A DNA stretch of 62,936 bases, counting the filler, from Octopus bimaculoides (taxonomy: Eukaryota), in assembly GCF_001194135.2 (NCBI RefSeq). It is 7 parts of 5 records of this genome, joined end to end, with 100 filler letters (N's around TTAATTAATTAA, not from the genome) between each part and the next. Parts side by side here need not be neighbours in the genome. Positions count along the whole stretch, not along the records: positions 20,530 to 29,154 come from NC_068999.1; positions 29,255 to 44,649 come from NC_068991.1; 5 more parts are not named here. One strand, given 5' to 3'. This document shows positions 24,665 to 36,753 of the stretch, piece by piece. The translations under genes and the position numbers were made by a program. Below the pieces are notes generated by a model, which saw only the letters and a list, made by a program, of their open reading frames with translations, had not been told where the DNA came from and did not search any database. Each line of letters opens with the position of its first letter. Positions within the stretch are counted from its first letter, which is position 1.

Positions 24665-26037
24665 TCAGGTCATCCCATAAGTTCTGTCCAAATTTTGAAT
24701 AAAGAAAACAAGTGATCAAATGTTATATTGTATTGAAATTTAATCATGAATATACTGATACAGATGCCGATAAACAAACAAAGTAACGTTAGGTCCTTAT
24801 TCCCTGAGCTGGGTTTGAAACCGTATTCTGGTTGTTGAGGACAATGGTATTCCTTTGTCCTGTCAACAAGCACGGCTATTTATAGCGTAGGTGTGTGATC
24901 GATGACCCTTTCCGGTCATCGAAAGTTTAGAAAAACAAGTTAGGAACTGTACTAAACTGACCCAGCTGTGGAGGGGATAACATAGCACTGTTGGCTATGG
25001 TATTTGTCATAAATACGGTAGGATAGTATTGGGACGAGCAGTTGGCGTACAGCAGTTGGTGGAAGCGGTCAGCGAGTGAAGATGGATCGCAGTTGATGTA
25101 AAGGCCAGCAGCCAGTGAAGAACAAGTGTGTGATGGCCAGTAGTGAGTGAAGAGAACCAAGATGAACAGAGCGTCTGACAGAAAGAGGCTAAAAGAGAGA
25201 GGCTATGGTCAGAAGGTACCAGTCAGCAGAAATGGATAGAGTCAGAGAGAGAGAGGGACAGAGAGATGGAACTGTTGTGGCAGGCAAAAGATTGTAGTAG
25301 ACTACTTTGGTCAGTTCTTGTGATTGTAGTGGGATATTTGAAGGAAAGGAAATTCTTGCGGTGAAGGTTTGTTTGCATTTCTTTAAAGAAAAATGTACTT
25401 TGTTGTTACATGATGTTAAAAGAACTTTGTTAACTCTTGTTAATTGTGATATTAACTGATTCAAAAGAAAAGAAAAGAAAGAACTTTGCTAACTCTTGTT
25501 AGATGGTTGAAAAGAAAAGAGAGAACTCTGTTGTTACATGTTGTTCAAAGAAAAGAAAAACAAAGAAGTAAAAGAACTTTTAATTGACTTGATATACGAA
25601 CTCTGATTGTAAACTTTTGATTAGGTAATGATTGAAAACCTTTTGTTAAATACTTGGAAAAACTATTGTTACATGTGTTACTGCAAGTACTATGAATTAT
25701 TGTTATGCTCTGTTTTGTATTGTGATGTAAAGAAAAATGTTAGTTTCACTACACAACGTATGGTCCTGTGTTAGTTCTTCCTCCTTTTTCCTGTTGTCGT
25801 CGTTACGTGCTCCGGCTGGGCTTAGTCGTGGCGAACATCCCGACTCACTGAGCGCACGCGCGAGTTTTCTCTTCGTTGAGGTGCTTCGCGTGCGGGTGTT
25901 CGTAACAATGCTTTCCCTGATTATCTATGACTCCCTTCCATCAATTTACAAGCTTTTTAATCCCATCAATGTAAAACTCTTTTGGCCTCAAAGCGAAGAA
26001 CTCTGAAATGTCAGTTTCGATCTCCTCCTGGCTTGCG
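24665..26037 (-). mobile_element. Mariner transposon 3' end, split by a solo LTR
   Basis: TA|tcaggtcatcccataagttctgtcc TIR at 24665; C-terminal transposase EIETDISEFFALRPKEFYIDGIKKLVN*WKGVIDNQG at 25908-26037. Confidence 0.85.
24756..25907. mobile_element. Solo LTR (1152 bp), probably Gypsy-type
   Basis: TGATAC...GTAACA termini; 4-bp target duplication ATAC/ATGC; removing it restores the mariner ORF end. No internal coding sequence. Confidence 0.75.
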
Positions 26038-26138
26038 NNNNNNNNNNNNNNNNNNNNNNNNNNNNNNNNNNNNNNNNNNNNNNNNNNNNNNNNNNNNNNN
26101 NNNNNNNNNNNNNNNNNNNNNNNNNNNNNNNNNNNNNA

Positions 26139-26400
26139 TATATATATGTGTGTGTGTGTATGTATATATAATATGTGTGTGTGTCTTTGTGTCTGTGTTT
26201 GTTGCTCACCAACACTTGGCAACTGGTGTTGGTTTGTTTGCGTCCCCATAATATAATGGTTTGGCAAAAGAGACTGACAGAGACTACTGGGCTTAAAAAA
26301 AAGAAGTAAGTACTGGGATTGATTCACTCAACTAAAGTTTCCTCATGGCGGTGCCCCAGCATGGCCACAGTCTAATGATTGAAACATGTAACAGATACAA
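26139..26400 (+). mobile_element. SINE family B, tail half after a gap
   Basis: Microsatellite followed by the conserved tail (ggcggtgccccagcatggccacagtc). Confidence 0.8.
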
Positions 26401-27589
26401 TAAGCAATGGATGACTCAAGCCTGCCCTGGTTACACATGTAGAGACAGATCTAAATGTCCTTGAGGACAAGAAAGTGATATATCTTCCATCTATGAAACT
26501 CAGATTTCAGCAAATTATGGCAACGACTGTAGAGTTATCAAATATTATATCGGAACCATAGAAAGAAAATTTAAATCCAAATATAACAACCATCTTTTGA
26601 ATTTTAGGTACTGTGATAAGTGACATTCAATAATCTTTTCAGCTTAATCTGGAAACTTAAAGACAAGAGGATGAGTTTCAACATCAAATGGTAAGTTGTC
26701 TCCAAATCCAGACCTTATATTAATGGATCTAAAAAATTGTCAATGTGTTCTCTTGAAAAACTCTATCTCCTAAGAAGTATGAGAACCTCCAACAAATGCA
26801 TAAATTCAACGAATGAGATTTTTCTGTATGTCTGCATTTCAAGAAATACATCTTGCCAGAATTTTAAAATAGGCCACTAGATACTTAGTAAACCATTAAC
26901 ATCTTGTTTACATCTACTTGACAATGTATTATTGTAAATTTTGGTTATCTCCCTTTTGTTTTTTCTTCTTTTCTTCTTTACCAACGTTTCTTGTTTAAGT
27001 GTTATCTGCTCAAAAGACAACTGACAAACAGTCTCGTTTTCAGCTTGATAAATGGCAGAATAAATTATTATTTCAACCAGGAAACCCTGGGTAACTGTAT
27101 TTGCAAGTTTTGTGGTTTTTTAATCATAAGTACATATATGTACATATGACATGCTAGTTTTTCACACAGATTTTCACTATTTCATCATTATGTCCTCATC
27201 ATCTTAAAAAATATTTACTGTCATTCCGTCTTTAGTATGAATGAATGAATGAATCAAACAACTTCTTTCTATCAGAACACAAGCCTATTTCTGTTAATAA
27301 AATATGATAATAAAACATCAGTAGAGACCTGTGATTAACAACAACTCAACTGTTTAAAGAACTGATGCAAACAACATCAATGCCACATTATACAATATGC
27401 CATAGTTGTGAAAATCTCACTGTGTGGCACCTTGGGCAAGTGTTCTCTATTACAACCCCAGGCTAAGCAAAGCCTTGTGAGTAGCTGAAGATGTGATAGA
27501 TGGAAACTGAAAGAAGCCTGTCATATAAAAACATATATGTATTTAAATACAGAAGCAACATTCTCCTTCCCTGAGTTTGTTGACTTGTA

Positions 27590-27800
27590 CACTATATGAT
27601 GACCTCAATAGTACCAGTGACACAAAAAATGCACCAAGTACACCATAAAGTGGTTGGGATCAGGTACGGCATCCAGCTGTAGAAACCATGCTAAAGCAGA
27701 CACTGGAGTATGAGTCAGTCCTTGATTTATTGAATTCTTATCAAACTGTTCAACCCAGGCAAGTTTTGGAACATGGATATTTAGTGATGATGATGATCAT
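27590..27800 (+). mobile_element. Old RTE 3'UTR remnant
   Basis: ggcatccagctgtagaaacc motif and (GAT)n tail. Confidence 0.65.
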
Positions 27801-29994
27801 CATATCTGTGTATGTGTGTGTGTTTGTGTGTGTGCATGCATGTGTGCATGCTTGTGTGTGTGTGTGTGTGTTTGCACATAGCTATAGGCTGTGATTTGAC
27901 TGTCATTTCCCTGTCAAGAAGTCATCTGTTGTCATTGCACCTTTGAAGATATGTGAAGAAAAAATCCGTTTCTAAGAAAAAAGAAAAGGTAAAGATTAGT
28001 GAGAGAAAAATATCCAGTAGTAAAACAATGAAGCAGACAGAAAAATGAATGAGTAAATGAATAAATAATGACCTACTCTATCACACACTCTAGATCATGT
28101 CAGAAATATTATGTATAACTGTAAGGAGTATTTAGTAATTTTTCTCAGTATATATGACATAAAAGAAGTACAAACTACTAAACAAGCATTTTTGGCAATT
28201 CCAGATTTCTGATACAATGGGAATTGGTAGACCTCATGTTAGAATCCAGTCAAGTCATAAATAGATTGGCAAGTCAGAATATAGACAAATCATTAGTACC
28301 AATCTAAGCTGGGGTTCTTTTAGGTATTTTTATGGGTATTTTTTCTGATTTTTTTTTTGCCATGAAGTTCACTACCAAACACTTTCAAAGTAAAAAGACA
28401 AAGGTATAGACTTTTTGAAATTAATAGGGTATTGTAAATTTTAGAAGCTTCTCCCAAAGATCAACAGGAATTTGATTAAATGTATACAGAAGATGACTTG
28501 AAGTTATTGATATACTTGGGGATGGTCATGTTTTACTTTTACTAATTAAACACATGCACTATTTATTCAATCTTCACTTTAGTCTTAATTTGTATTATTA
28601 TTTGTTCATATGCCTGCCAAAGTTCTTTCATCACACATTCTTTGACCTCATCAGTGACTCTGTTCCATGTGTCGCTTCTTGTCCTGCTTATTCTGTTTTG
28701 TTTGTTTATGGAGTTAGCTGATGGAGAAAGATTCCAAGTGGAAAATGATGATAATGTACCTCAATCAAGTAGCTTCGGTTCTTAATCAGCTACAGGTAGT
28801 GGTGATACAGTATTGGTATTAGATTCACAGATTGTCAATTCCAGATTATATCCTTCTGCTTTTTTGGAGTGCTTCTATTTTTTATAATTTATCTGTTACC
28901 TTTTACTTGTTTCAGTCATTCAACTGCAACCATACTAGAGCACTGCTTTGAAGGGTTTAGTGAAATAAATTAACCCTGGCACTTATTTTTCAGCCTGGTA
29001 CTTATTCTATTAGTCTCTTTAACCAAACAGCTAAGTTATGGGTGCAATATCAGTTGTCAAACAGTAGTAAGGGACAAACACAAATACAATAACACACATG
29101 CATAGATAGATATACATAACGTTTTATATATATATTCATACATACATACATACANNNNNNNNNNNNNNNNNNNNNNNNNNNNNNNNNNNNNNNNNNNNTT
29201 AATTAATTAANNNNNNNNNNNNNNNNNNNNNNNNNNNNNNNNNNNNNNNNNNNNTATATCTGTTATATGGACTGTTAGATATGTAATTCGTCTGACGTTC
29301 CGTGTGTCATGTGGTTCGTCTGAGTTCATTGTTTCATTGTTGTTGTCTTGTGTGACTGTCGGAGTAAAATGTCATTGATATATATATGGCGGACATGACT
29401 TTTGTTTATTCATAACGAACATTGGGTGAGTGCGTTCTTTGTATGTAATTGAACAATAAATGTAATAATTAAATTGTATAACTCGTTGTGTTATCTCTAC
29501 GAGTCACCCGAGGGAAACATAACAATATCTATAAAAGCAGAGTCGTGTGTGTGTGTGTGTGTGTGTACGTGAATATAATTTATGCACGCCCACAAATTAG
29601 CACGCATGTCGCTCCAATTTTAGGAGGACATTGTTCAGCCCTAGCTGGGTTTTGTCAACATCCTCGGATAGCGGTAAAAATCGATTTTCATCCATAACTT
29701 TTACCAATTTTCACGTCAGTGAAATCCGTTGTTTGCTAACATGAGTTAAGTCCCCTGCACTGGCGACTATTATACAGAAAAACAAAGATAATCTATTTCG
29801 TTTTTAGATTTGGTTTGCTTTATTTTTTATGAGTTCGTGTGGTCTAAAAGAAATATATATATAGTTTTAATTATACAGAAAAACAATGATGAACCGCTCT
29901 GAAAGAAATGTATATCCAGTATACATATAGTATATGTATATATTTAATTTTCTATATATTTCATTTTAAATGTTAGATAATTAATGTTGGTTTA

Positions 29995-30423
29995 CTGTAA
30001 ATCCTCGAGTATAATCCACATTTTTTTCCCAAAATTTAAAGGTCAAAATCCCTAGTGCATACTATATACGAGGTTAAAAATGGAAAATAATTTCTAAGCA
30101 ATGTCCGAGTTTCTATTTGCTGTCCGGTAATGTTTATTCAGACGCACTTTGTGATGTCGGGCGCGAAAATACCTTAAGCTAAGCCTTCAATGAAGTCATA
30201 AAAGAATCATCCATAACTTGCATTATGTTATATATACAATAATAATAATAAAGGATGTTACCGAATATATGTTTATAAACCAAGGACGTTATGTAGACCT
30301 CCTTGACTCAAGTTAGAGAAGGGGTGCGTATTATACACAAGGTTTAGGTTTTTCAGAGGTACAGTCCCCAAAAAATCCCCTGCGTATTATACTAGAGGGC
30401 GGACTATACTTGAGGATTTAAGG
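29995..30423. mobile_element. Pogo/Tc1-type MITE with TA target duplication
   Basis: TA|ctgtaaatcctcgagtataatcc ... ggactatacttgaggatttaagg|TA; subterminal gcgtattatac repeats. Confidence 0.85.
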
Positions 30424-30944
30424 TATTCAATTAGAAAACGAAAACCTAATGACGATGTAATTAGCAACTAGCACATTTTGTTTCTTAGTTTTTGTTTCCT
30501 TTAATATTTAAATTCTGTACTTGACTTTTTTTTTTTTATTTCTGTTCACTAGAAACCTCACGACAAACTTTGTTCAGCTGCAACATTCTTTCCATTCATT
30601 TCTGATAATGAAATTCTCTGTACATACTTCTGCTTTCTTGGTGGTCGAAGCAAATCGATGACTTCGTGCTGTAGCCATATTCCTTCTGATGTGATTGAAA
30701 GCATTTTTTGATATGTGGCATTTCAACATTAGAAACGAGTTCCCAACATGTTATTCAAGTTTGCTGAAACTTATCTCCTGCCACCCAAAACAACAGCTCA
30801 AATGGGATAAAGAGTACACGCATCACAACAACAATACCAAATGTGTGTTTGTGTGTGTGTAGACTTACAATATATCCTATTGTTAAGAAAATTTTACACG
30901 CTCATTCAATAAAACTCAAATGGGATAAAGAGTACACGCTTTAT

Positions 30945-32269
30945 CTGCCTATAAAGTGCAACGGGACCCGCTTGGTAGTCAAGTCCCTGACGCCCCAATT
31001 TATTGAGGCCACCATTGTTACGGGATGCAGGAGGGGGAAAATGTTTTCATTTCAAGGATGCACTTTTATCCCTCGGGGTCAGACATGCCATTTAACTTTC
31101 GTAGATTGCCATGTCCATCAACAAATCGCAAGGCCAAACACTATCGGTGGTGGGCATCCATTTGGGGAGCCGTACTTTTCACATGGGCAACTTTATGTGG
31201 CCTGCTCCTGTGTGGGGAGTAGAAACACTCTTTTTGCGTATGCTCCTCAGGGCAGAACACGCAATGTTGTTTATAGTGAAGTTTTATAGGCGTAGACAGA
31301 AGAACAAGTCATCATTGCAGCCAATGCGGTTATAAACAGGTGATCCGGAAGCGTTGGCTGGACATATTCTCAAACCATGGCAATATGATTCATAGACTCT
31401 TCCTCTTCTTTATTGGACAAAGCTGACTTCTCCAACAACAATACTCATTCAGCTGATATCAGTGCTTGGCCAAGTTGCTAATATAGTTAGGCTAGAAGGG
31501 CCAGGCCCCTTATTTTTTTGTTAAGGCTGTTGGTAAGTTTTCCTAAGTTACTCCAATCTGGATCCCCAATGCAAACCTTCAAATCAACCTTTTCCAATGT
31601 GGATCTCTAATGCAACCTTATCCAATCCAAATCTTTGAGTCAACCCCTAAATGATGGGGTGGGGTGGGGGTTCGAAAGGGCTGGCATGTGCAACCTGATC
31701 ACTTCTGTCAGTCAAACTCCCAACCCATGCATCCCCATTGCGACACTGATTCTGCAGAACTGGATTGGGTGTGAAAACCAACTTTAAAGTATAGATTTTT
31801 TTGAATCAGCAATGTTGTGTTCAGTTAAGTCCTATCTAGGGTGAAAAATCAATAAACTGATTTCTTTATGGGGTTTTCCATTCAATCAAGATTAAAAATT
31901 GATAAACTGATTCCTTATAGGATTTCCCACTAAAATTGGCTACACTCCATTTTCAACCATAACTTTTACCAGTTTTGACGCATTTTGTTCAAACTTGATG
32001 CCGGCATTACTTAGGACTCATGGGATCTTTGACTGCTTTCTCCCAAACAAAAAAAACAAAAAAAAACCAATCAATGAGTGGAAAAATCGATACCTTATGG
32101 GGTTTCTTAACCAAATTGTCTGCAACCCATTTTCAGCCAAATGTTTACCAATTTCAATGGATTTCACTCAAATTTGACATCGGTGTTACTTAGTTTGGTT
32201 TGAAACAAAGCGCTTGATTAGCTTAATAATCCTAACTTAATCCTGGGCAACGCCAGGCTATACTGCTAG
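30945..32269 (+). mobile_element. Helitron: PIF1-like helicase C-terminus (frameshifted) through the 3' terminus
   Basis: CNGTRLVV...EATIVTG...MSINKSQGQTL...FSHGQLYVACS...RNVVYSEVL*; 3' hairpin cctgg-gcaacg-ccagg followed by CTAG|T at 32266-32270. Confidence 0.9.
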
Positions 32270-33749
32270 TGTTGGATAAAATGCTTAGCAGTAATTTACC
32301 AGCTTTTTACATACTGAGTTTAAATGACGTCAAGGTAAACTTTATCTTTCATCCTTACAAGGGTTGATAAAATAAAGTACCAGTCAATATCATCAACTCA
32401 TCTCCTTCCCTAACATTGCTGGCCTTGTANNNNNNNNNNNNNNNNNNNNNNNNNNNNNNNNNNNNNNNNNNNNNNNNNNNNNNNNNNNNNNNNNNNNNNN
32501 NNNNNNNNNNNNNNNNNNNNNNNNNNNNNNNNNNNNNNNNNNNNNNNNNNNNNNNNNNNNNNNNNNNNNNNNNNNNNNNNNNNNNNNNNNNNNNNNNNNN
32601 NNNNNNNNNNNNNNNNNNNNNNNNNNNNNNNNNNNNNNNNNNNNNNNNNNNNNNNNNNNNNNNNNNNNNNNNNNNNNNNNNNNNNNNNNNNNNNNNNNNN
32701 NNNNNNNNNNNNNNNNNNNNNNNNNNNNNNNNNNNNNNNNNNNNNNNNNNNNNNNNNNNNNNNNNNNNNNNNNNNNNNNNNNNNNNNNNNNNNNNNNNNN
32801 NNNNNNNNNNNNNNNNNNNNNNNNNNNNNNNNNNNNNNNNNNNNNNNNNNNNNNNNNNNNNNNNNNNATAAACCCATGCAATTTACGCACTGTTTTTTGC
32901 AAAAATACAAATTGACTTCAGTGGGTGCTTAAATTACATGAGGTGATCGTTTCCAGAATTTTTTTAGAAATTTTTTTTGTTGGAAAAAAGATGTACAAAA
33001 CAAACATTTGTACCAGAAGTTGACTATTTAATATCAGAATAAGTTTTTACAGAAAAAATCAGAGCTTAAATATAATGAAGTTGACTTTTATTTATGCTGG
33101 ACGGTATGATGCTTACTTTTTCTGTATAAATTTACTAAAACAATTAAATAGTTAACTACTTTTTGAAATCTGCCATTCATGCTGGTAATCACAGTCCGGG
33201 CCATATTTTACACTGCTTGGAGTTTCTACCTATCGCAATGGAGCACCATTGACATACATGTGATATGGATATTCTTGACTGAAGAAAATGTAATGATATT
33301 GATAATCTCGATTGCATGGTTTTATTTTTGTCTGTTTTCTTGTTTTGTTGAGAGATTGCCAAAGTTATTGGGGATGGTAAGGAAAGTAAATGTTTACAAT
33401 TTACATCCTGACTACTACCATTCTTGACATTGCTGTGAGCTACCAACTATTCGGAGCAATGTGCAGCTGTTCAGTCACAATCATATCTAAAACAAGATTT
33501 TCCTGAACATAGCTTATCTAAAACAACAAACAATTTTGTACAGGCAATGCATAACAAATATTAGAAATAATATATTTCTAAATCTCTCAGAGAGATTTAT
33601 GCAGTAGTGATGCAATAAAGTAGTTGTATGCTGTCAACTTAATGTGACAGTCCCATGAAGGGAATAATACTACTGCTATTTAGCCCTAAGAAGCAGCACC
33701 GCTTCCTAGGGCTAAATNNNNNNNNNNGATTTATGCAGTAGTGATGCAA

Positions 33750-33913
33750 TAAAGTAGTTGTATGCTGTCAACTTAATGTGACAGTCCCATGAAGGGAATA
33801 ATACTACTGCTATTTAGCCCTAAGAAGCAGCACCGCTTCCTAGGGCTAAATAGCAGTAATATTATTCCCTTCATGGGACTCTCACATTAAGTTGACAGCA
33901 TACAACTACTTTA
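33750..33913. repeat. Near-perfect palindrome (79-bp arms, 6-nt loop), probable foldback MITE
   Basis: Arms differ at 3 positions; begins and ends with TA. Confidence 0.9.
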
Positions 33914-33974
33914 TAACAAATATTATTATATTGAATCGAAATCGAGTTAAATTAAAATTGGACACTAAACCCCA

Positions 33975-34687
33975 CTTGCGAAGACCTGTTGAGGCAAGTG
34001 AAATAGAAATAGATTGTTGCCGTGCCCCTGAACTGGCTTTGTGCGGGGCCGTCATGGGATTTTCGAGCGAGATCGTTGCCAGTGCTCCTGGACTGGCCCA
34101 TGTGCAGGCAACACATGAAATCTTTCGAGTAGGATCGTTTGCCAGTGCCCCCGGACTGGCTCATGTGCGGGCAACACATGAAATCTTTCGAGCGGGATCG
34201 TTGCCAGTGCCCCTGGACTGGCTCATGTGCGGGTGACACATGAAATCTTTCGAGCGAGATCGTTGCCGGTGCCCCCTGGGCCGGCTCTTGTGCGGGTGAC
34301 ACATGAGGTTTTCNNNNNNNNNNNNNNNNNNNNNNNNNNNNNNNNNNNNNNNNNNNGTGCGGGCGACATATGATATCTTTCGAGCGAGATCGTTGCCAGT
34401 GCCCCTGGACTGGCTCTTGTGCGGGTGACACATGAAATGTTTCGAGCGGGATCGTTGCCAGTGCCCCTGGACTGGCTCATGTGCGGGAGACACATGAAAT
34501 CTTTCGAGCAGGATCGATGCCAGTGCCCCTGGACTGGCTCATGTGCGGGTGACACATGAAATCTTTCGAGCGAGATCGTTGCCGGTGCCCCCTGGGCCGG
34601 CTCTTGTGCGGGTGACACATGAGGTTTTCGAGCGAGACCGTTGCCGGTGCATCCGGACTGGCTCATGTGCGGGCGACACATGAAATC
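33975..34687 (+). repeat. 62-bp minisatellite (at least 10 visible units) derived from an RTE 3'UTR
   Basis: gatcgttgcc anchors at 34071, 34133, 34196, 34258, 34388, 34450, 34512, 34574, 34636; units are homologous to the 3'UTR repeats at 19880-20120 and 58980-59130. Confidence 0.92.
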
Positions 34688-36003
34688 CTGTTTATCAAAT
34701 CCAAAGACCTTGTCCTCATCATCCAACATTAAAAATGCCTCTGCGTCAAAGTCATTAGTGTCCTTGTCGTGATAATATACATTTATTACATCATCTTGTT
34801 CATCAGCATGATCATCACATGTAGCAGGTTCGGATTGCCACAAAACACCATCTTGTGTACCATCAAGATGATAGGCAATGCTGCACTGAAGAAATGATTT
34901 CACAATGATCTTAGGATCAAGTTCATTCCATGCCTCAAGAATCCATTGGCATATCTCCTCTAATTCAGGCTTTTTCATACAGCCACCTTTAATAAAAGAA
35001 TGTTTATCGCCACTAATCCAGTTGTTCCACTTTTGGCGCAAAGCACAATTCATGGGTTTATTTGCAACCAACATCTAACAGCTGCAAGATCGAAGTCATT
35101 CCACCAGGAATAGTAGCAAGTTCATAGTTGTTACTTCTTAATACATGTTTCACATAGTTCGCCTTATGACATCTAAAACCATCCAAAACTAATAAACTAT
35201 GTTCATGGGTATTGGAACGTTGCCCCTACACAAGTCTTAACCATTCTTTCGTGTTGTATTTGGCCATCCAGCCTTTTTTGTGGACTCTAATGATTATGCC
35301 TTTTGTAAAGTTTAACTTTGGCAATGTCTTTCTTTTGAAGATAACTTATGGTGGCAATTTTGTTCCATCTCCCAAGCATCACAATAAATCTATTCTTTTC
35401 ATTTTCAATTGTTCTTATTTTAACTGATTTTTCATTAATATGTTTCATTGTTGTGTCATATGGCAAATCAAATGTTAACAGGGTTTGGTTTGCATTTTCG
35501 ATGCATGTCAGTTCAATATTATATTTTCTTCTAACTTTGATAAAATAACTCAGAAAGTTTGTCAACTTTTCTTCAGAATCTTCAGGAAGTCTTTGCGCAA
35601 TTGTTGTTCTACATTGTGAACTTAAGTCATAATGGTTCATAAAACAATAGTACCAGTTTAGCGAAGCTTTAAAGTCCACACTATCAGCACTATATTTGGT
35701 CTTAAATAACTGACTAGCACGTAATCTTATCTCGGTGGTGCTTACACCAAAACCCTCATCACATTTGTTACATATCCAATGATAAAGTTCAGTCTCTAAC
35801 TCGAGGAATTTTGCAGATTTACCCCTATTGGCAGGTTTATTACTAGGCACAGTTTTAAGTTTATAGTATTGTTTACCCCAATTTCAAACACTGGCTTCAT
35901 TAACATAAAAATGCCTTCCAGCAGCTCTATTGCCACATTCAAATGCACATTCAATAATATTTAATTTCTCCTTCGCAGTAAATGATTCACAAGTTCTGCC
36001 CAT
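34688..36003 (-). pseudogene. Degraded pogo (POGK-like) transposase: Brinker-type HTH, CENP-B-type HTH, DDE
   Basis: MGRTCESFTAKEKLNIIECAFECGNRAAGRHF...V*NW; FLELETELYHWI...FKASLNW; KKGWM...SLLVLDGFRCH...IPGGMTSILQLLDV; acidic C-terminus. Stops and frameshifts; TIRs not found. Confidence 0.9.
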
Positions 36004-36519
36004 ACTGACAATAATGGTGTAGCAGAATGGATTGACAACAGCATAAATGACAAACTATTCTCTCTCTTTATAATTGTTGTTTGGACCTAGCAGAGAACAC
36101 TTAGCTATAAAGATCATGTTTTAACCATTTGCTCTGACTAGTTAATTTTTAGGTGCAATTTGTCCCCTAAACAATTATGCCAAATTACCCAGTCAACCAA
36201 TTGGATACAATCAAAATGGACCACGTGTTCTCTTGGAGCCCAGCAATTTCCTTAAATAGATCAGTTTTTCTCCACTTAAGAAGTCTAGCTTGCATTTGCC
36301 TCCAGGAAGCTATTGCTCGTTTTCTCCATTTTACGACAATGAAATTCATCACCACCAATATCGCTGCTACCAGCTCTTACTGCATCTAACGCCAACGACA
36401 ACATCATAACTCATCCTTGCGCATGTAAACTCACTAAATGAATATGACTTTTAGCATTCCTACAGAAGCCCTCATTTACCATTATACAATGTTTAATGTG
36501 GGATGATGTCAGTGACTGG

Positions 36520-36753
36520 GGAGGCTGACCGGAAGGGCGAGTTGACCGGAAGAGGAAAAAGGGCAGAGGGAGCCTCGATCGGGATTCGTGCCCTTTTCGA
36601 ATGGGGTCGTGGTCGGGACAAGACATGCTAATAGACGGTCTAGGTTTGGGAGAAGCAGCTGCTATTCCTGCTGTTCTTTGGGTCGGGGCAAGCTTCAAGG
36701 ATTGGATACCACAAGACAGACTCGCAGTCGACGAAAGGAAAACCGAGGTAAGG
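36520..36753. promoter_or_regulatory. CpG-rich promoter-like island with tandem ETS motifs
   Basis: Two TGACCGGAAG copies 17 bp apart (36526-36552), dense CpG in CpG-poor surroundings, plus-strand donor GAG|GTAAGG at 36747/8. Confidence 0.45.

Noticed and set aside
28718-28795. LMEKD...VLN frame loosely like ABCD4 exon 3
   Set aside because: Opposite strand, in-frame stop immediately upstream, and the preceding VIYQVGLIPS-like segment is absent.
33179-33446. Hydrophobic or Cys-containing short ORFs in the ABCD4 intron
   Set aside because: They do not match ABCD4 exon 3 or a DHHC motif on inspection; likely chance.
33975-34687. Regularly spaced repeats resembling a CRISPR array
   Set aside because: Units are contiguous homologous 62-mers without unique spacers, derived from an RTE 3'UTR, in a eukaryotic context with no cas genes.
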